Below are positions 20,770 to 30,573 of a DNA stretch of 64,000 bases, in pieces. The translations under genes and the position numbers were made by a program. Positions within the stretch are counted from its first letter, which is position 1. The number at the start of each line of letters is the position of its first letter. A model generated the notes under the pieces. That model saw nothing but the letters and a program-made list of their open reading frames with translations. It did not search any database and was not told the origin of the DNA. This stretch comes from Gammaproteobacteria bacterium (lineage in GTDB: Bacteria > Pseudomonadota > Gammaproteobacteria > Tethybacterales > Persebacteraceae), in assembly GCA_965243565.1 (NCBI GenBank), contig OZ251571.1:1096704-1160703 (forward strand). The letters are read 5' to 3'.

Positions 20770-20796
20770 CCCTAACAATTCATTCCAGCGTTATGT
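20770..20796 (+). other. Collapsed attC site 5
   Basis: CCCTAACAATTCATTCCAGC joined directly to GTTATGT; inner stem absent. Confidence 0.6.
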
Positions 20797-21001
20797 TTTA
20801 AAAGGAGTCAGTCGCAATGACGAAACATGAGTTAGGAAAAACACTCAATAAGATGTATTTCAATTCTGCAGATGAATAAGCCATTGTGATTCTCATTTAA
20901 CCATCTCTGGTTGACTATGGCGTGTTGCACTTATGATGTCAATTCAAGTCTTTATAAATCAAAATAATCAGATAGTATAAGATAATTAAAACTCATGTTT
21001 C

Positions 21002-21213
21002 TATCAAAATATCCAAAAAATGCTTATCATGTATAATAAATGATAGGATTAACAGTTAGACACGTCTACGTAGAATGAAAATATTTGTATTCATACAGGT
21101 TTTTGCAATTTTTATAAGCGAATCATTCGCAGATGATTGATGTGTTAACTACTTGGAGTTCTTTTATCTCAAAAAGATTGGACACTTACCATTACACAAC
21201 TAAAGATTATTGT
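21002..21213. repeat. 212-bp diverged direct repeat, copy 2
   Basis: Pairs with 10525-10736. Confidence 0.95.
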
Positions 21214-21265
21214 TCAAGAATACAACAACTGTGTAATGGATGAAATCTATCAAGACATACAAAAT

Positions 21266-21306
21266 TCCTAACAAAATGCTCCAGCGGACAATTCAAAGCG
21301 TTACTG
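21266..21306 (+). other. attC half-site 6
   Basis: TCCTAACAAAATGCTCCAGCGGACAATTCAAAGCG left arm only. Confidence 0.55.
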
Positions 21307-21330
21307 ATATTACTCGTAGGAATTTTAGTC

Positions 21331-21497
21331 ATGATACAAACACGACTTACAGAAAGTCTCAATTTAGATCATCCAATTATTCAAGCCCCGATGACATTTA
21401 CTGCCAGATGAGCTCTTGCCCCATCTGGCAGTAATTCTGGTGGACTGGATCTCATTGGCGGTGTTATGGCGACAAAAATTGGATTTTAGAGCAATTT
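21331..21497 (+). pseudogene. Nitronate monooxygenase family 5' fragment
   Basis: MIQTRLTESLNLDHPIIQAPM, then SNSGGLDLIGG and YGDKNWILEQF in shifted frames. Confidence 0.7.
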
Positions 21498-21563
21498 AGC
21501 CCCGCTATGTATGGGTCAGATGCAACCTAGTAATAAGACGTTATAACGCTTAGGATAAAGTAA

Positions 21564-22103
21564 GTGACTCCAAAAGTTCGCGTCTATTTGTCTATGCTCA
21601 TTTTTGCTGTAGTTGTAGCAGGAATATATGGAATGCTCCATGATCAGATTAGCTATACTTTTTCTAATGAATATTTCACTAAGTTTAAATTTAAACAATT
21701 CAAAATACCATGGGGATACGAAAGCCCTCGTTTAGGAGCGGCGTATGTCGGATTTTTAGCAACTTGGTGGATGGGAATATATGTTTATGCATTACTCGGG
21801 CTTTTTGGTTTTATGTTTAAAACACCAAAGTTAATGGCGATAAATCTTGCAAAGTCATTTCTCGTGGTGGTCAGCGTCGCATTAGTGACGGGTCTCGTAG
21901 GATTGTCCTATGGATATTTGCAAGTTACTGAAGCGACAATCTCGCAAAATATGCAATGGGTAAGACCTGGCGTTACTGATCCAGTCCAATTTGTACGAGT
22001 TGGCTATATGCACAATGCAAGCTACCTAGGCGGCTTGACAGGACTTATTGCGGGAATAGCATATCTCATTTTTAAAAAACTGCGTTATAATAAACAGATG
22101 TAG
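21564..22103 (+). CDS. Hypothetical multi-TM membrane protein (cassette gene)
   Basis: 179 aa with about 4 hydrophobic segments; begins after GTTATAA (21540) and reads into a degenerate attC. Confidence 0.75.
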   Translation: MTPKVRVYLSMLIFAVVVAGIYGMLHDQISYTFSNEYFTKFKFKQFKIPWGYESPRLGAAYVGFLATWWMGIYVYALLGLFGFMFKTPKLMAINLAKSFLVVVSVALVTGLVGLSYGYLQVTEATISQNMQWVRPGVTDPVQFVRVGYMHNASYLGGLTGLIAGIAYLIFKKLRYNKQM

Positions 22104-22131
22104 TCGGATGCGGCAGAGCATAGCGTTAACT
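22085..22131 (+). other. Degenerate attC site 7
   Basis: TTATAAT(C>T)AAACAGATGTAGTCGGATGCGGCAGAGC...GCGTTAACT, right stem shortened. Confidence 0.6.
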
Positions 22132-22163
22132 TCAATACTATTTTTAATAATGAGATATAAAAA

Positions 22164-22256
22164 ATGAATGTAAAAAATATTATCGGTATATTATGCCTAT
22201 TAAATTCGATTTCAATGTCTGCATATTCACAGTGCTACATAGCGTCAGATGGGTAG
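22164..22256 (+). pseudogene. Decayed secreted-protein cassette gene
   Basis: Signal-peptide-like MNVKNIIGILCLLNSISMSAYSQC ends in TAG after 30 codons, directly after attC 7. Confidence 0.35.
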
Positions 22257-22536
22257 TTCAGCTCTTCAAGGTTATGATTTTGACTTCGGTCGAAGGCGAG
22301 ATACTAACAACATGCTTTATTGGATTCCATTTACCCACACCAACATCTAGAATAGACCACATCCCGTGCAAGAGCATAAGGTGTGTCATAAATATGTTTG
22401 AATTGACTAATTTACGTATAAATTAGATGAGGTGGGTTGTTTTACTGGCATAATAACGGTCTTAAGTCTTTTACGCATTTATACGAGTGATTAACATTAC
22501 TAATACTCGATAAAGCCCGAAATAAACCATCCAATT

Positions 22537-24348
22537 ATGCTTGAAAAAATCCGAAATATAGCCATTATTGCTCACGTTGATCATGGTAAAACCACTCTCG
22601 TTGACAAACTCCTAAGACAGTCCGGCACCCTACAGCGTAAAGATGAAAACGCCGAACGCATCATGGATTCCAATGATCAAGAAAAAGAGCGTGGCATTAC
22701 TATTTTATCTAAAAATACTGCTATTACATGGAACGATTTTCATATTAATATTGTTGATACACCCGGACATGCCGATTTTGGCGGCGAAGTCGAACGTGTA
22801 TTGTCCATGGTGGATTCAGTGCTGTTATTGGTAGATGCAGTGGATGGACCAATGCCACAAACGCGCTTTGTAACTTCAAAAGCATTTGAACGAGGCTTAA
22901 AACCCATTGTCGTTATTAACAAAGTTGACCGCCCTAGTGCCCGCCCTGATTGGGTTATCAGCCAAGTGTTTGATTTATTCGACCATCTCGGTGCAACTGA
23001 TGAACAATTGGATTTTCCTATTATTTATACGTCGGCTATTCAGGGTATTTCTGGTTTGGATACCAATGACATGGCAAATGATTTAACGCCATTGTTTACA
23101 ATGATTACTGAAAAAGTGCCCGCACCTAATGTAGATATTTCTGCACCACTGCAAATGCAAATATCGGCTTTGGATTACAATAGTTATGTCGGCGTTATTG
23201 GTATTGGACGCATAAAGCGTGGTACCTTGCACGAAAACCAAAACGTGGTGGTTATTGATAAAGACAACAAACACCGCCGTGCAAAAATATCGCAAGTCAT
23301 GCAGCATCAAGGTTTAGAACGACTGCCAACACCAAAAGCCACTGCTGGTGAAATTGTTTGTATAACAGGGCTCAGTACACTGCATATTTCAGATACAGTG
23401 TGCCACCCCGATTATCCCGAAGCATTGCCGTTATTATCGGTAGATGAACCAACCGTTAGCATGACTTTTCAAGTTAACGATTCGCCGTTCGCTGGCTTGG
23501 ATGGCAAGTATATTACTTCTCGTAATATAAAAGAAAGACTCGAAAAAGAACTACTACATAATGTTGCATTGTACGTTGAAATGCTTGAAGGTGGCGATAA
23601 GTTTAAAGTGTCAGGACGGGGCGAATTGCATTTGTCAGTGCTGATAGAAAGCATGCGTCGCGAGGGGTACGAATTAGGTGTGTCTCGCCCCGAAGTCGTA
23701 TTAAAAACCATTAATGGTGAAGTACACGAGCCATTTGAGTCCGTTTTATTTGACCTAGAAGAAATTCATCAAGGTACAATAATGCAAGAAATTTCACAAC
23801 GACAAGGTGTTTTGAAAGACATGCAACCTGATAACAAGGGCCGCATAAAACTAGATTTTACGATACCTGCACGAGGACTTATTGGTTTTCGTAGTTTTTT
23901 TCTAACCTTAACCTCTGGCACCGGCATAATGACGAGTATATTCAGCCACTACGGTGCCATGAAAAAAACCACTGTCGCCAAACGCAAGAACGGCGTTTTG
24001 ATTTCCATGCTAAAAGGCAAGACAGCTGGTTATGCTTTGTTTAGCTTACAAAATCGAGGCAAACTATTTTTAGGACATGGTATTAATATTTACGAGGGGC
24101 AAGTTGTTGGGATACATTCCCGTGATAACGACTTAACTGTCAATCCAATAAAAGGCAAACAACTCACTAACTTTAGAGCGTCTGGGACCGATGAAGCACT
24201 CACATTGACCCCTCCTTTACACTATTCATTAGAGCAATCTCTTGCCTTTATCGAAGGTGATGAACTGGTCGAGGTAACCCCTAACCACATTCGCCTACGC
24301 AAGAAACTACTAACCGAAAACGACCGAAAACGCGGCAGAAACGCGTAG
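22537..24348 (+). CDS. typA: Translational GTPase TypA/BipA
   Basis: [22 protein letters not shown] and the C-terminal LVEVTP..IRLRK motif. Confidence 0.98.
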   Translation: MLEKIRNIAIIAHVDHGKTTLVDKLLRQSGTLQRKDENAERIMDSNDQEKERGITILSKNTAITWNDFHINIVDTPGHADFGGEVERVLSMVDSVLLLVDAVDGPMPQTRFVTSKAFERGLKPIVVINKVDRPSARPDWVISQVFDLFDHLGATDEQLDFPIIYTSAIQGISGLDTNDMANDLTPLFTMITEKVPAPNVDISAPLQMQISALDYNSYVGVIGIGRIKRGTLHENQNVVVIDKDNKHRRAKISQVMQHQGLERLPTPKATAGEIVCITGLSTLHISDTVCHPDYPEALPLLSVDEPTVSMTFQVNDSPFAGLDGKYITSRNIKERLEKELLHNVALYVEMLEGGDKFKVSGRGELHLSVLIESMRREGYELGVSRPEVVLKTINGEVHEPFESVLFDLEEIHQGTIMQEISQRQGVLKDMQPDNKGRIKLDFTIPARGLIGFRSFFLTLTSGTGIMTSIFSHYGAMKKTTVAKRKNGVLISMLKGKTAGYALFSLQNRGKLFLGHGINIYEGQVVGIHSRDNDLTVNPIKGKQLTNFRASGTDEALTLTPPLHYSLEQSLAFIEGDELVEVTPNHIRLRKKLLTENDRKRGRNA

Positions 24349-24812
24349 TTTATACTCACCTCTGTTGGGTAAGTTAATAAAGACAAAAAAAATTACTGCG
24401 ATATTGCTTGGAAATATGAAATTTCTTTGAGTTGTTTTTTAACTTTCCAATATAGCAATATTTTTTGAAAATTTATATAAAATTATAGCCCATTAAATTT
24501 TTTTATACGATTGATAATAAAGAGCGTTTGAGTAAGTCTTCTGTTTTTAATGGCTTTGCTAACAAAAATTTTGATTGCCTTACTTTATAACTTATAATGC
24601 GTTTGTATATCTACGGTTATTATTTATAAAAAATATTTGGTTTTTATGAGTATTAATGCTTTTTTAGGCATATTACACAATGGAAAAATTGCGTTTAATT
24701 TTACTCAAGAAAAACGAAAATACATGTTTATCAACGATTTGAAATATATTTTTTCTAAAGTTACTTCTGACATCATTGATAACGATAGACTGTTGTTAGG
24801 GACATAAGCATC

Positions 24813-25994
24813 TTGACCACAACATCCACTTCTTTGAAGCCTATTTACCTTTTAGCGGTGGCGATGGGCTTAGGCATCTCATGTGCTGTTATTGCGGTTA
24901 GTATGTCGGCGTTGTTTGCACAAACACTAACGGATACACTCGCAACTGCCACCTTGCCTTATGGCTTGCAATTTGTTTGTACAATGATAATGTCTTATGT
25001 GGCAGCAATGGCGGTTGGGCGGTTTGGGCGCAAGACAGTTATTCTGTCTTTAAATGTCATTGGCATTGTCTCTGGTATTATCGGTGTTATTTCTGTCAAC
25101 GAAAAGTCTTTTGTATTGCTGTGTCTGTGCCATGCGTTGATGGGTTGTTTTTTTGCATCGGTACAAATGTTGCGTTTTTCTGCATTGGATATGGTGGATA
25201 AATCCATGCGATCTCGGGCATTGTCTTGTGTGCTTTCTGGGGGTATATTGGGATCATTTCTTGCTCCATTATTACTGCGATCCGCACCTTTTGCCAATGA
25301 AATTTATGCCTCGGCATATTACTCTATTATATTAATGGCGTTTGTATCACTTGTTATTTTGTGGTGTTCTGCCTTACCCACAAAACCGTCGATTAAAAAG
25401 AAAGAAAAACAGCCCACATCATTTGCATATTTGTTTAATACGCCTAATTATCTCATCGCTGTTATTTGTGGCAGCTTGGGTTATGGCTCGATGAGTATTT
25501 TAATGATTAACGCCGGCTTAGAAATGCATGAACACAATATAAATTTTAACGATATTTCATTTGCCATTCAATTGCATGTGCTGCTTATGTACTTACCTTC
25601 GCTAAAAACAGGCAGCACCATTGAACGACTGGGCATTAAAAAGTTTTTAACCTTAGGTGCCTGCTTGCTGATAATAACATCGTTGATTGCACTGACAGGA
25701 CAGCATAAATTGTTTTTTTATGCTACTCTCATGTTGTTGGGCTTGGCTTGGAATTTTCTTTATACGGGCGGCAGTTTGCTTGCAACCAATGATTGCAATT
25801 CGCAATATCGGCTAAAAGCACAAGGTGTTTGTGATTTTATTATTTCGCTAACGGCAGCTTGTAGCTCGTTATTTTCTGGTTATTTGCTGGCTACTTTGGG
25901 ATGGTCAACTTTAAATATTACCATTATTGTGCTTGCAATCATTGTTTTATTTTTCATTCAATCAAAGGTAAAAATAACCTCTGCTACATCTTAA
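24813..25994 (+). CDS. MFS transporter (RfnT-like subfamily by motif)
   Basis: About 12 TM helices, GRFGRK loop, HVLLMYLPS..TG and LGLAWNFLYTGG motifs; TTG start. Confidence 0.85.
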   Translation: MTTTSTSLKPIYLLAVAMGLGISCAVIAVSMSALFAQTLTDTLATATLPYGLQFVCTMIMSYVAAMAVGRFGRKTVILSLNVIGIVSGIIGVISVNEKSFVLLCLCHALMGCFFASVQMLRFSALDMVDKSMRSRALSCVLSGGILGSFLAPLLLRSAPFANEIYASAYYSIILMAFVSLVILWCSALPTKPSIKKKEKQPTSFAYLFNTPNYLIAVICGSLGYGSMSILMINAGLEMHEHNINFNDISFAIQLHVLLMYLPSLKTGSTIERLGIKKFLTLGACLLIITSLIALTGQHKLFFYATLMLLGLAWNFLYTGGSLLATNDCNSQYRLKAQGVCDFIISLTAACSSLFSGYLLATLGWSTLNITIIVLAIIVLFFIQSKVKITSATS

Positions 25995-26064
25995 GGTTAA
26001 ATTTTGTTATAAAATACGTTTCATATATTTTACTTTTTCTTACTTTCGCTATACCCCTTTTAAA

Positions 26065-26343
26065 ATGCTAATTATCGACTGTCCTTGGTGCGGTACAAGA
26101 GAACAAACTGAATTTTCTTATCATGGCGAAGCCCATATTGTTCGCCCCAAAGATCCTGATGCACTATCGGATACCGAGTGGGCAGATTATTTGTTTTTTC
26201 GTAAAAACCCCAAAGGTGTTCACTTTGAAAGATGGATGCATGCATCGGGTTGTCGTCGCTTTTTTAACATGGCTAGGCATACTGTAACAGGACAAATTTA
26301 CGGTAGTTATAAATTTGGTAAGACAGCTCCTAAAACTTTATAA
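26065..26343 (+). CDS. soxD: Sarcosine oxidase family delta subunit (copy 1)
   Basis: CPWCG.R...EF and W.H..GC Zn motif; 92 aa. Confidence 0.95.
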   Translation: MLIIDCPWCGTREQTEFSYHGEAHIVRPKDPDALSDTEWADYLFFRKNPKGVHFERWMHASGCRRFFNMARHTVTGQIYGSYKFGKTAPKTL

Positions 26344-26344
26344 T

Positions 26345-29300
26345 ATGAATTATCGTTTGCCCACTGGTGGTTTAATAGACCGAGCAAAAACGCTATCTTT
26401 TACCTTTAACAAAGTAAAAATGCAAGGGTATGAGGGTGATACCATTGCTTCTGCTCTTTTAGCCAACGGTGTTACCATTGTTAATCGCAGTTTTAAATAC
26501 CACCGCCCACGTGGTATTTATTCGGCTGGTGTCGAAGAACCAAATGCTATTTTCACAATCGAAATGGACGGACAAATAACACCCAATGTCCGCGCGACCA
26601 TCACCGCTTTGGTGGATGGTATGGTTATTCGCTCACAAAGCGGCTTTCCATCGGTTGGTTTTGACATCGGCAGTGGCTTACTTTCTTTGTTTTCACGGTT
26701 AATGCCGCCCGGTTTTTATTATAAAACATTTATGTTTCCTAAAAACTTATGGATGTTTTATGAAAAATTCATACGCAAAGCAGCGTCATCGGCTCCTGTG
26801 CCGAGCAAAAGCGATACCCATCTTTACGATCATAGCCATGCCCATTGTGATGTGCTGATTGTAGGCAGTGGTCCTGCTGGTATTGCAGCCGCTCTGACCG
26901 TAGCCAAAAGTGGTTTGGACCTTATTTTGGCTGAAATGTCTCCCTATTTTGGTGGTGAATTACTCAATGCACCTGCTGACGATATTAATGACAAACCTGC
27001 TACGGTATGGTTGGCAGAATCGCTTGCTTATTTGCGCTCTTGCTCTAATGTACAAGTTTTACCTCACACAACAGTGCAAGGATATCACGATTACAATTAT
27101 CTCATTGCAGAACAAACTTTGCATTCGGTGGCAAAAAAAACCAGAACCCACTGCCAAAGTCGCTTGTGGAAAATTCGTGCGCAAAAAGTTATATTGGCAA
27201 CCGGTGCTATTGAAAGACCGATGGTTTTTGCCGGAAATGATACGCCTGGTGTTATGTCGGCTTCGGCAGTGCAAACTTATATTCACCGCTATGGCGTTGT
27301 TCCCGGTAGAAGCATCCTCTTTTTTACCAATAACGACAGTGCTTACCCTGTTGCTATCCAAGCACAAAAAGCGGGTGCCAATGTCGAAATTATTGATATT
27401 CGTAAAAATGAAAACGGCCATTGGCAAGTGCAAGCGGATAAAGAGAAAATTCAAATTCATAGCAGTGCAGCAATCGTTGGTTCAATGCTAAATAATGGCG
27501 ACATTATGTCGGTACATTTGGGTAAACTTAACGGCAATACGGCTACTCATTACTCCTCTCACGCTTATCACAAAATTGCGGTGGCAGGTGGTTGGACTCC
27601 CACCGTCCATTTATTCAGTCATTCTGGCGGAAAGTTAAAGTGGAATCAACGCCTTAATGCCTTTGTGCCTGATGTTTCTAACCCTCTAAACCCTTGTGTT
27701 ACCGCTGGTGCAATCAACGGATTTTTAGATTTGGCTAAATGTCTTGAAGACGGCACTGCTTCTGCCAATGCTGCCATTCAGTTTTGCAATGGCACTGTAC
27801 CTGAACCAACACCGATAAAGACAGCCGCTAGTAACATCGAACAAGAGGCTTTACACTTGCCTATTATCCCTTCAATACATCCATTGGGTCAGGGTGATGG
27901 CAAGCATTTTGTTGATTTTATGAATGACGTAACTGCCTTTGATATTGAACTCTCCGCTCAAGAAGGGTATCAATCTGTCGAGCACATGAAACGCTATACA
28001 GCAGCCGGTTTTGGCACCGATCAAGGAAAAACGGGCAATATTAATGCGCTTCGCATTTTGGCACAAGTATTAAACAAATCACCCAGCGAAGTCGGACACA
28101 CAACATATCGCCCTAATTACACTCCTGTTTCTTATGGTGTTATTACAGGGCATGACAAACTAAGGTTATTTGCCCAAAGCCGCACCACTGCCATCGACCA
28201 TTGGCACAAACGCCATAATGTCATCTATGAAGATGTTGGGGATTGGAAACGAGCGCGTTATTTTCCTGTTAATAACGAAACAATGGATGAATCAGTATGG
28301 CGTGAATGCAAAGCAGCGAGAAAATCTGTAGCAGCAATGGATGCCTCCACTCTTGGAAAAATTGATATTCAAGGACCAGACGCTGCTCAATTTCTTGACA
28401 TGATTTACACCAATATGTTCTCCAACCTCGCCGTTGGGCGTTGTCGATATGGCATGATGCTACGAGAAACTGGCATGATTTTTGATGATGGTGTAACAGC
28501 ACGTTTGGGCGAAAATCATTTTCATCTGACAACCTCTACTGGTCATGCCGCAGCAGTAATGACATGGCTTGAAGAATGGTTACAAACAGAATGGCCTGAT
28601 TTAAAAGTTTTTTGCACCAGTGTGACGGAACAGTGGTCAGTTATTGCCTTAGTAGGCCCCAAAGCAAGAGATTTATTAAACGAAATAACCGATATTGATT
28701 TGGACAATGAATCTTTTCCTTTTATGTCATTCAAAGAAGGCAAAGTATGCGGCAGTATTAATGCACGTATTTTCCGTATTAGCTTTTCAGGTGAGACTGC
28801 ATTTGAAATTAATGTACCTGCTTGTACTGGGCTAGCGGTCTGGGAATCGTTGTTTAAATTAGGGAAAAAATACAATATTACGCCTTATGGAACAGAGGCT
28901 ATGCACGTATTGCGTGCTGAAAAGGGTTATATCATCGTCGGACAAGATTCTGATGGGACAATGACACCGTTAGATTTGGGCTTGGATTGGATGCTATCCA
29001 AAAAGAAAAAAGATTACCTTGGCAGACGATCGCTCGCTCGTCCTGATATGTTACGCAAAGGACGGATGCAGTTTGTTGGCTTGTTGCCAGATGATCCAAA
29101 AGCGGTTATTACCGAAGGTTCACAAATTGTATCGAAAGAAAACGCTAAACCACCAACCACCACACAAGGTTTTGTTACCTCTAGTTACATGAGCCCTACT
29201 TTGGAGCGATCATTTGCATTGGCAATGATTGACGATGGGTTTAACCGTCATGGTGAAACCATTTATGCCGTAACGATGGACAATAAAACCATCGCTGCCC

Positions 29301-29353
29301 AAATTACTGGGACTGTCTTTTGGGACAAAGAAGGAATAGCATTGCGTGGATAA
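26345..29353 (+). CDS. soxA: Sarcosine oxidase family alpha subunit (copy 1)
   Basis: RSFKYHRPRG, GSGPAG, KRYT..GFGTDQGK and GcvT-fold C-terminus; ATG 26345 just after the soxD stop. Confidence 0.95.
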   Translation: MNYRLPTGGLIDRAKTLSFTFNKVKMQGYEGDTIASALLANGVTIVNRSFKYHRPRGIYSAGVEEPNAIFTIEMDGQITPNVRATITALVDGMVIRSQSGFPSVGFDIGSGLLSLFSRLMPPGFYYKTFMFPKNLWMFYEKFIRKAASSAPVPSKSDTHLYDHSHAHCDVLIVGSGPAGIAAALTVAKSGLDLILAEMSPYFGGELLNAPADDINDKPATVWLAESLAYLRSCSNVQVLPHTTVQGYHDYNYLIAEQTLHSVAKKTRTHCQSRLWKIRAQKVILATGAIERPMVFAGNDTPGVMSASAVQTYIHRYGVVPGRSILFFTNNDSAYPVAIQAQKAGANVEIIDIRKNENGHWQVQADKEKIQIHSSAAIVGSMLNNGDIMSVHLGKLNGNTATHYSSHAYHKIAVAGGWTPTVHLFSHSGGKLKWNQRLNAFVPDVSNPLNPCVTAGAINGFLDLAKCLEDGTASANAAIQFCNGTVPEPTPIKTAASNIEQEALHLPIIPSIHPLGQGDGKHFVDFMNDVTAFDIELSAQEGYQSVEHMKRYTAAGFGTDQGKTGNINALRILAQVLNKSPSEVGHTTYRPNYTPVSYGVITGHDKLRLFAQSRTTAIDHWHKRHNVIYEDVGDWKRARYFPVNNETMDESVWRECKAARKSVAAMDASTLGKIDIQGPDAAQFLDMIYTNMFSNLAVGRCRYGMMLRETGMIFDDGVTARLGENHFHLTTSTGHAAAVMTWLEEWLQTEWPDLKVFCTSVTEQWSVIALVGPKARDLLNEITDIDLDNESFPFMSFKEGKVCGSINARIFRISFSGETAFEINVPACTGLAVWESLFKLGKKYNITPYGTEAMHVLRAEKGYIIVGQDSDGTMTPLDLGLDWMLSKKKKDYLGRRSLARPDMLRKGRMQFVGLLPDDPKAVITEGSQIVSKENAKPPTTTQGFVTSSYMSPTLERSFALAMIDDGFNRHGETIYAVTMDNKTIAAQITGTVFWDKEGIALRG

Positions 29354-29930
29354 TTCATTTAATATCAACCTACACACACCTGCCGCCAGTTTAGAACCTG
29401 TCGATACTGATTATTTCAAACTATCTGAAATACCACTGATGGGGCGAATCATTATTCGCGGCAAAGCCGAAGATAATGATTTTTTACAAGCTGCCCAAAC
29501 CGTATTATCAGTAGCCCTGCCTTTAACTGCCAACACCAGTGTTGAGGGCAAGGATAAGAATCGTGTTTTTTGGTTAGGACCTGACGAATGGATGGTGTGG
29601 ACACCAACTTTGGCACGAAGTGAAGCCCTATTAGAAGAACTAACCCAAGCGTTTACCACTCTGCATACGGCTTGTGTTAATGTAAGCGACTACTATACCA
29701 CTATAAAAATAAGCGGCAAGCATGCCACATCGGTTTTGGCTTATGGCTGCCCATTGGATTTGCGAGAAAAATCATTTCGCCCCACCGATTGTGCTCAATC
29801 ATTGTTTCGTCACACCGGTATTTTTATTTATAAAGTTGATAAAGACTGCTACCACATTCAAGTACGCTGGAGTTTTACCGAGTATTTATGGGAATTTTTT
29901 AGCACATCTGCTAGTACGATTAAAGAATAA
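29346..29930 (+). CDS. soxG: Sarcosine oxidase family gamma subunit (copy 1)
   Basis: WLGPDEW and GCPLDL motifs; overlaps the soxA stop. Confidence 0.9.
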   Translation: MDNSFNINLHTPAASLEPVDTDYFKLSEIPLMGRIIIRGKAEDNDFLQAAQTVLSVALPLTANTSVEGKDKNRVFWLGPDEWMVWTPTLARSEALLEELTQAFTTLHTACVNVSDYYTTIKISGKHATSVLAYGCPLDLREKSFRPTDCAQSLFRHTGIFIYKVDKDCYHIQVRWSFTEYLWEFFSTSASTIKE

Positions 29931-30003
29931 ATTCTTATTGTTATTAGACCAAATGAATAAATACTATAGTGTGGAATATACGCTCTCACATGTAAGAGCA
30001 AGA

Positions 30004-30573
30004 TTAATTATTTATCTCGTAACAAAATTGGTTTGCACTCATAATTAATAGTTCTGCCAATGATTTGGCAAAACCGCGCGGTAGCAAAATTGTAAAGCAC
30101 TGTTGCGAATTAATATCATCATTTCTAAATATAATAACGCGACTATGATGAAAAGCGGTTGAAGCCATTGCACCGACTTTAAAAGCGTTGTCTCGTAAAT
30201 CAATCGGTAAGTGTCTATTTAGCACGCCAGCGGCTTGTTTGCCAGATAACTTAATACCCACATGAGAAGCGGAAACATCTAAACAGTAAACGCCTTCTTG
30301 CTCTATGTTCATGGCTTGCTTATGGATAATCAATATTTTAAGTGGTTCGATACGCAACACATGATGATCATTTTTTTCGTCATAATACGTTGTTCGTGGT
30401 GGTGGCAGTGTAATATTTAACGGTGGTTTTTCATCAAATGCAACTTGTAAAATCGACAACGGCGTAAGTTCGGATAAAGTTAATTCCGACAAAAAACCAC
30501 TTTCAACTGTCAATTTGCCATTAAAATAAAGCCCTGTTTGCCAATTAATATATTTTTTTGTTGTATTATCCAC
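30004..30573 (-). CDS. soxG: Sarcosine oxidase family gamma subunit (copy 2)
   Basis: DVSASH...LSG...PIDLR..AF...A.T motif; overlaps the soxA2 stop. Confidence 0.85.
   Translation of the reverse strand: MDNTTKKYINWQTGLYFNGKLTVESGFLSELTLSELTPLSILQVAFDEKPPLNITLPPPRTTYYDEKNDHHVLRIEPLKILIIHKQAMNIEQEGVYCLDVSASHVGIKLSGKQAAGVLNRHLPIDLRDNAFKVGAMASTAFHHSRVIIFRNDDINSQQCFTILLPRGFAKSLAELLIMSANQFCYEINN

Larger units (their letters stand above)
18535..22131 (+). mobile_element. Integron gene-cassette array (decayed; CALIN-like)
   Basis: Short co-oriented ORFs separated by attC sites. Each cassette's leading TTRRRY is the complement of its own downstream R'' box: GTTATAC/GTATAAC, GTTATGC/GCATAAC, GTTAGAT/ATCTAAC, GTTATAA/TTATAAT. 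Confidence 0.9.

Noticed and set aside
21240-21434. 64-aa ORF in the cassette array
   Set aside because: It reads across an attC half-site and overlaps the NMO relic in another frame; a chimeric chance frame.
22193-22426. 77-aa ORF before typA
   Set aside because: Probably an alternative frame of a decayed cassette gene beginning at 22164; no RBS or motif.
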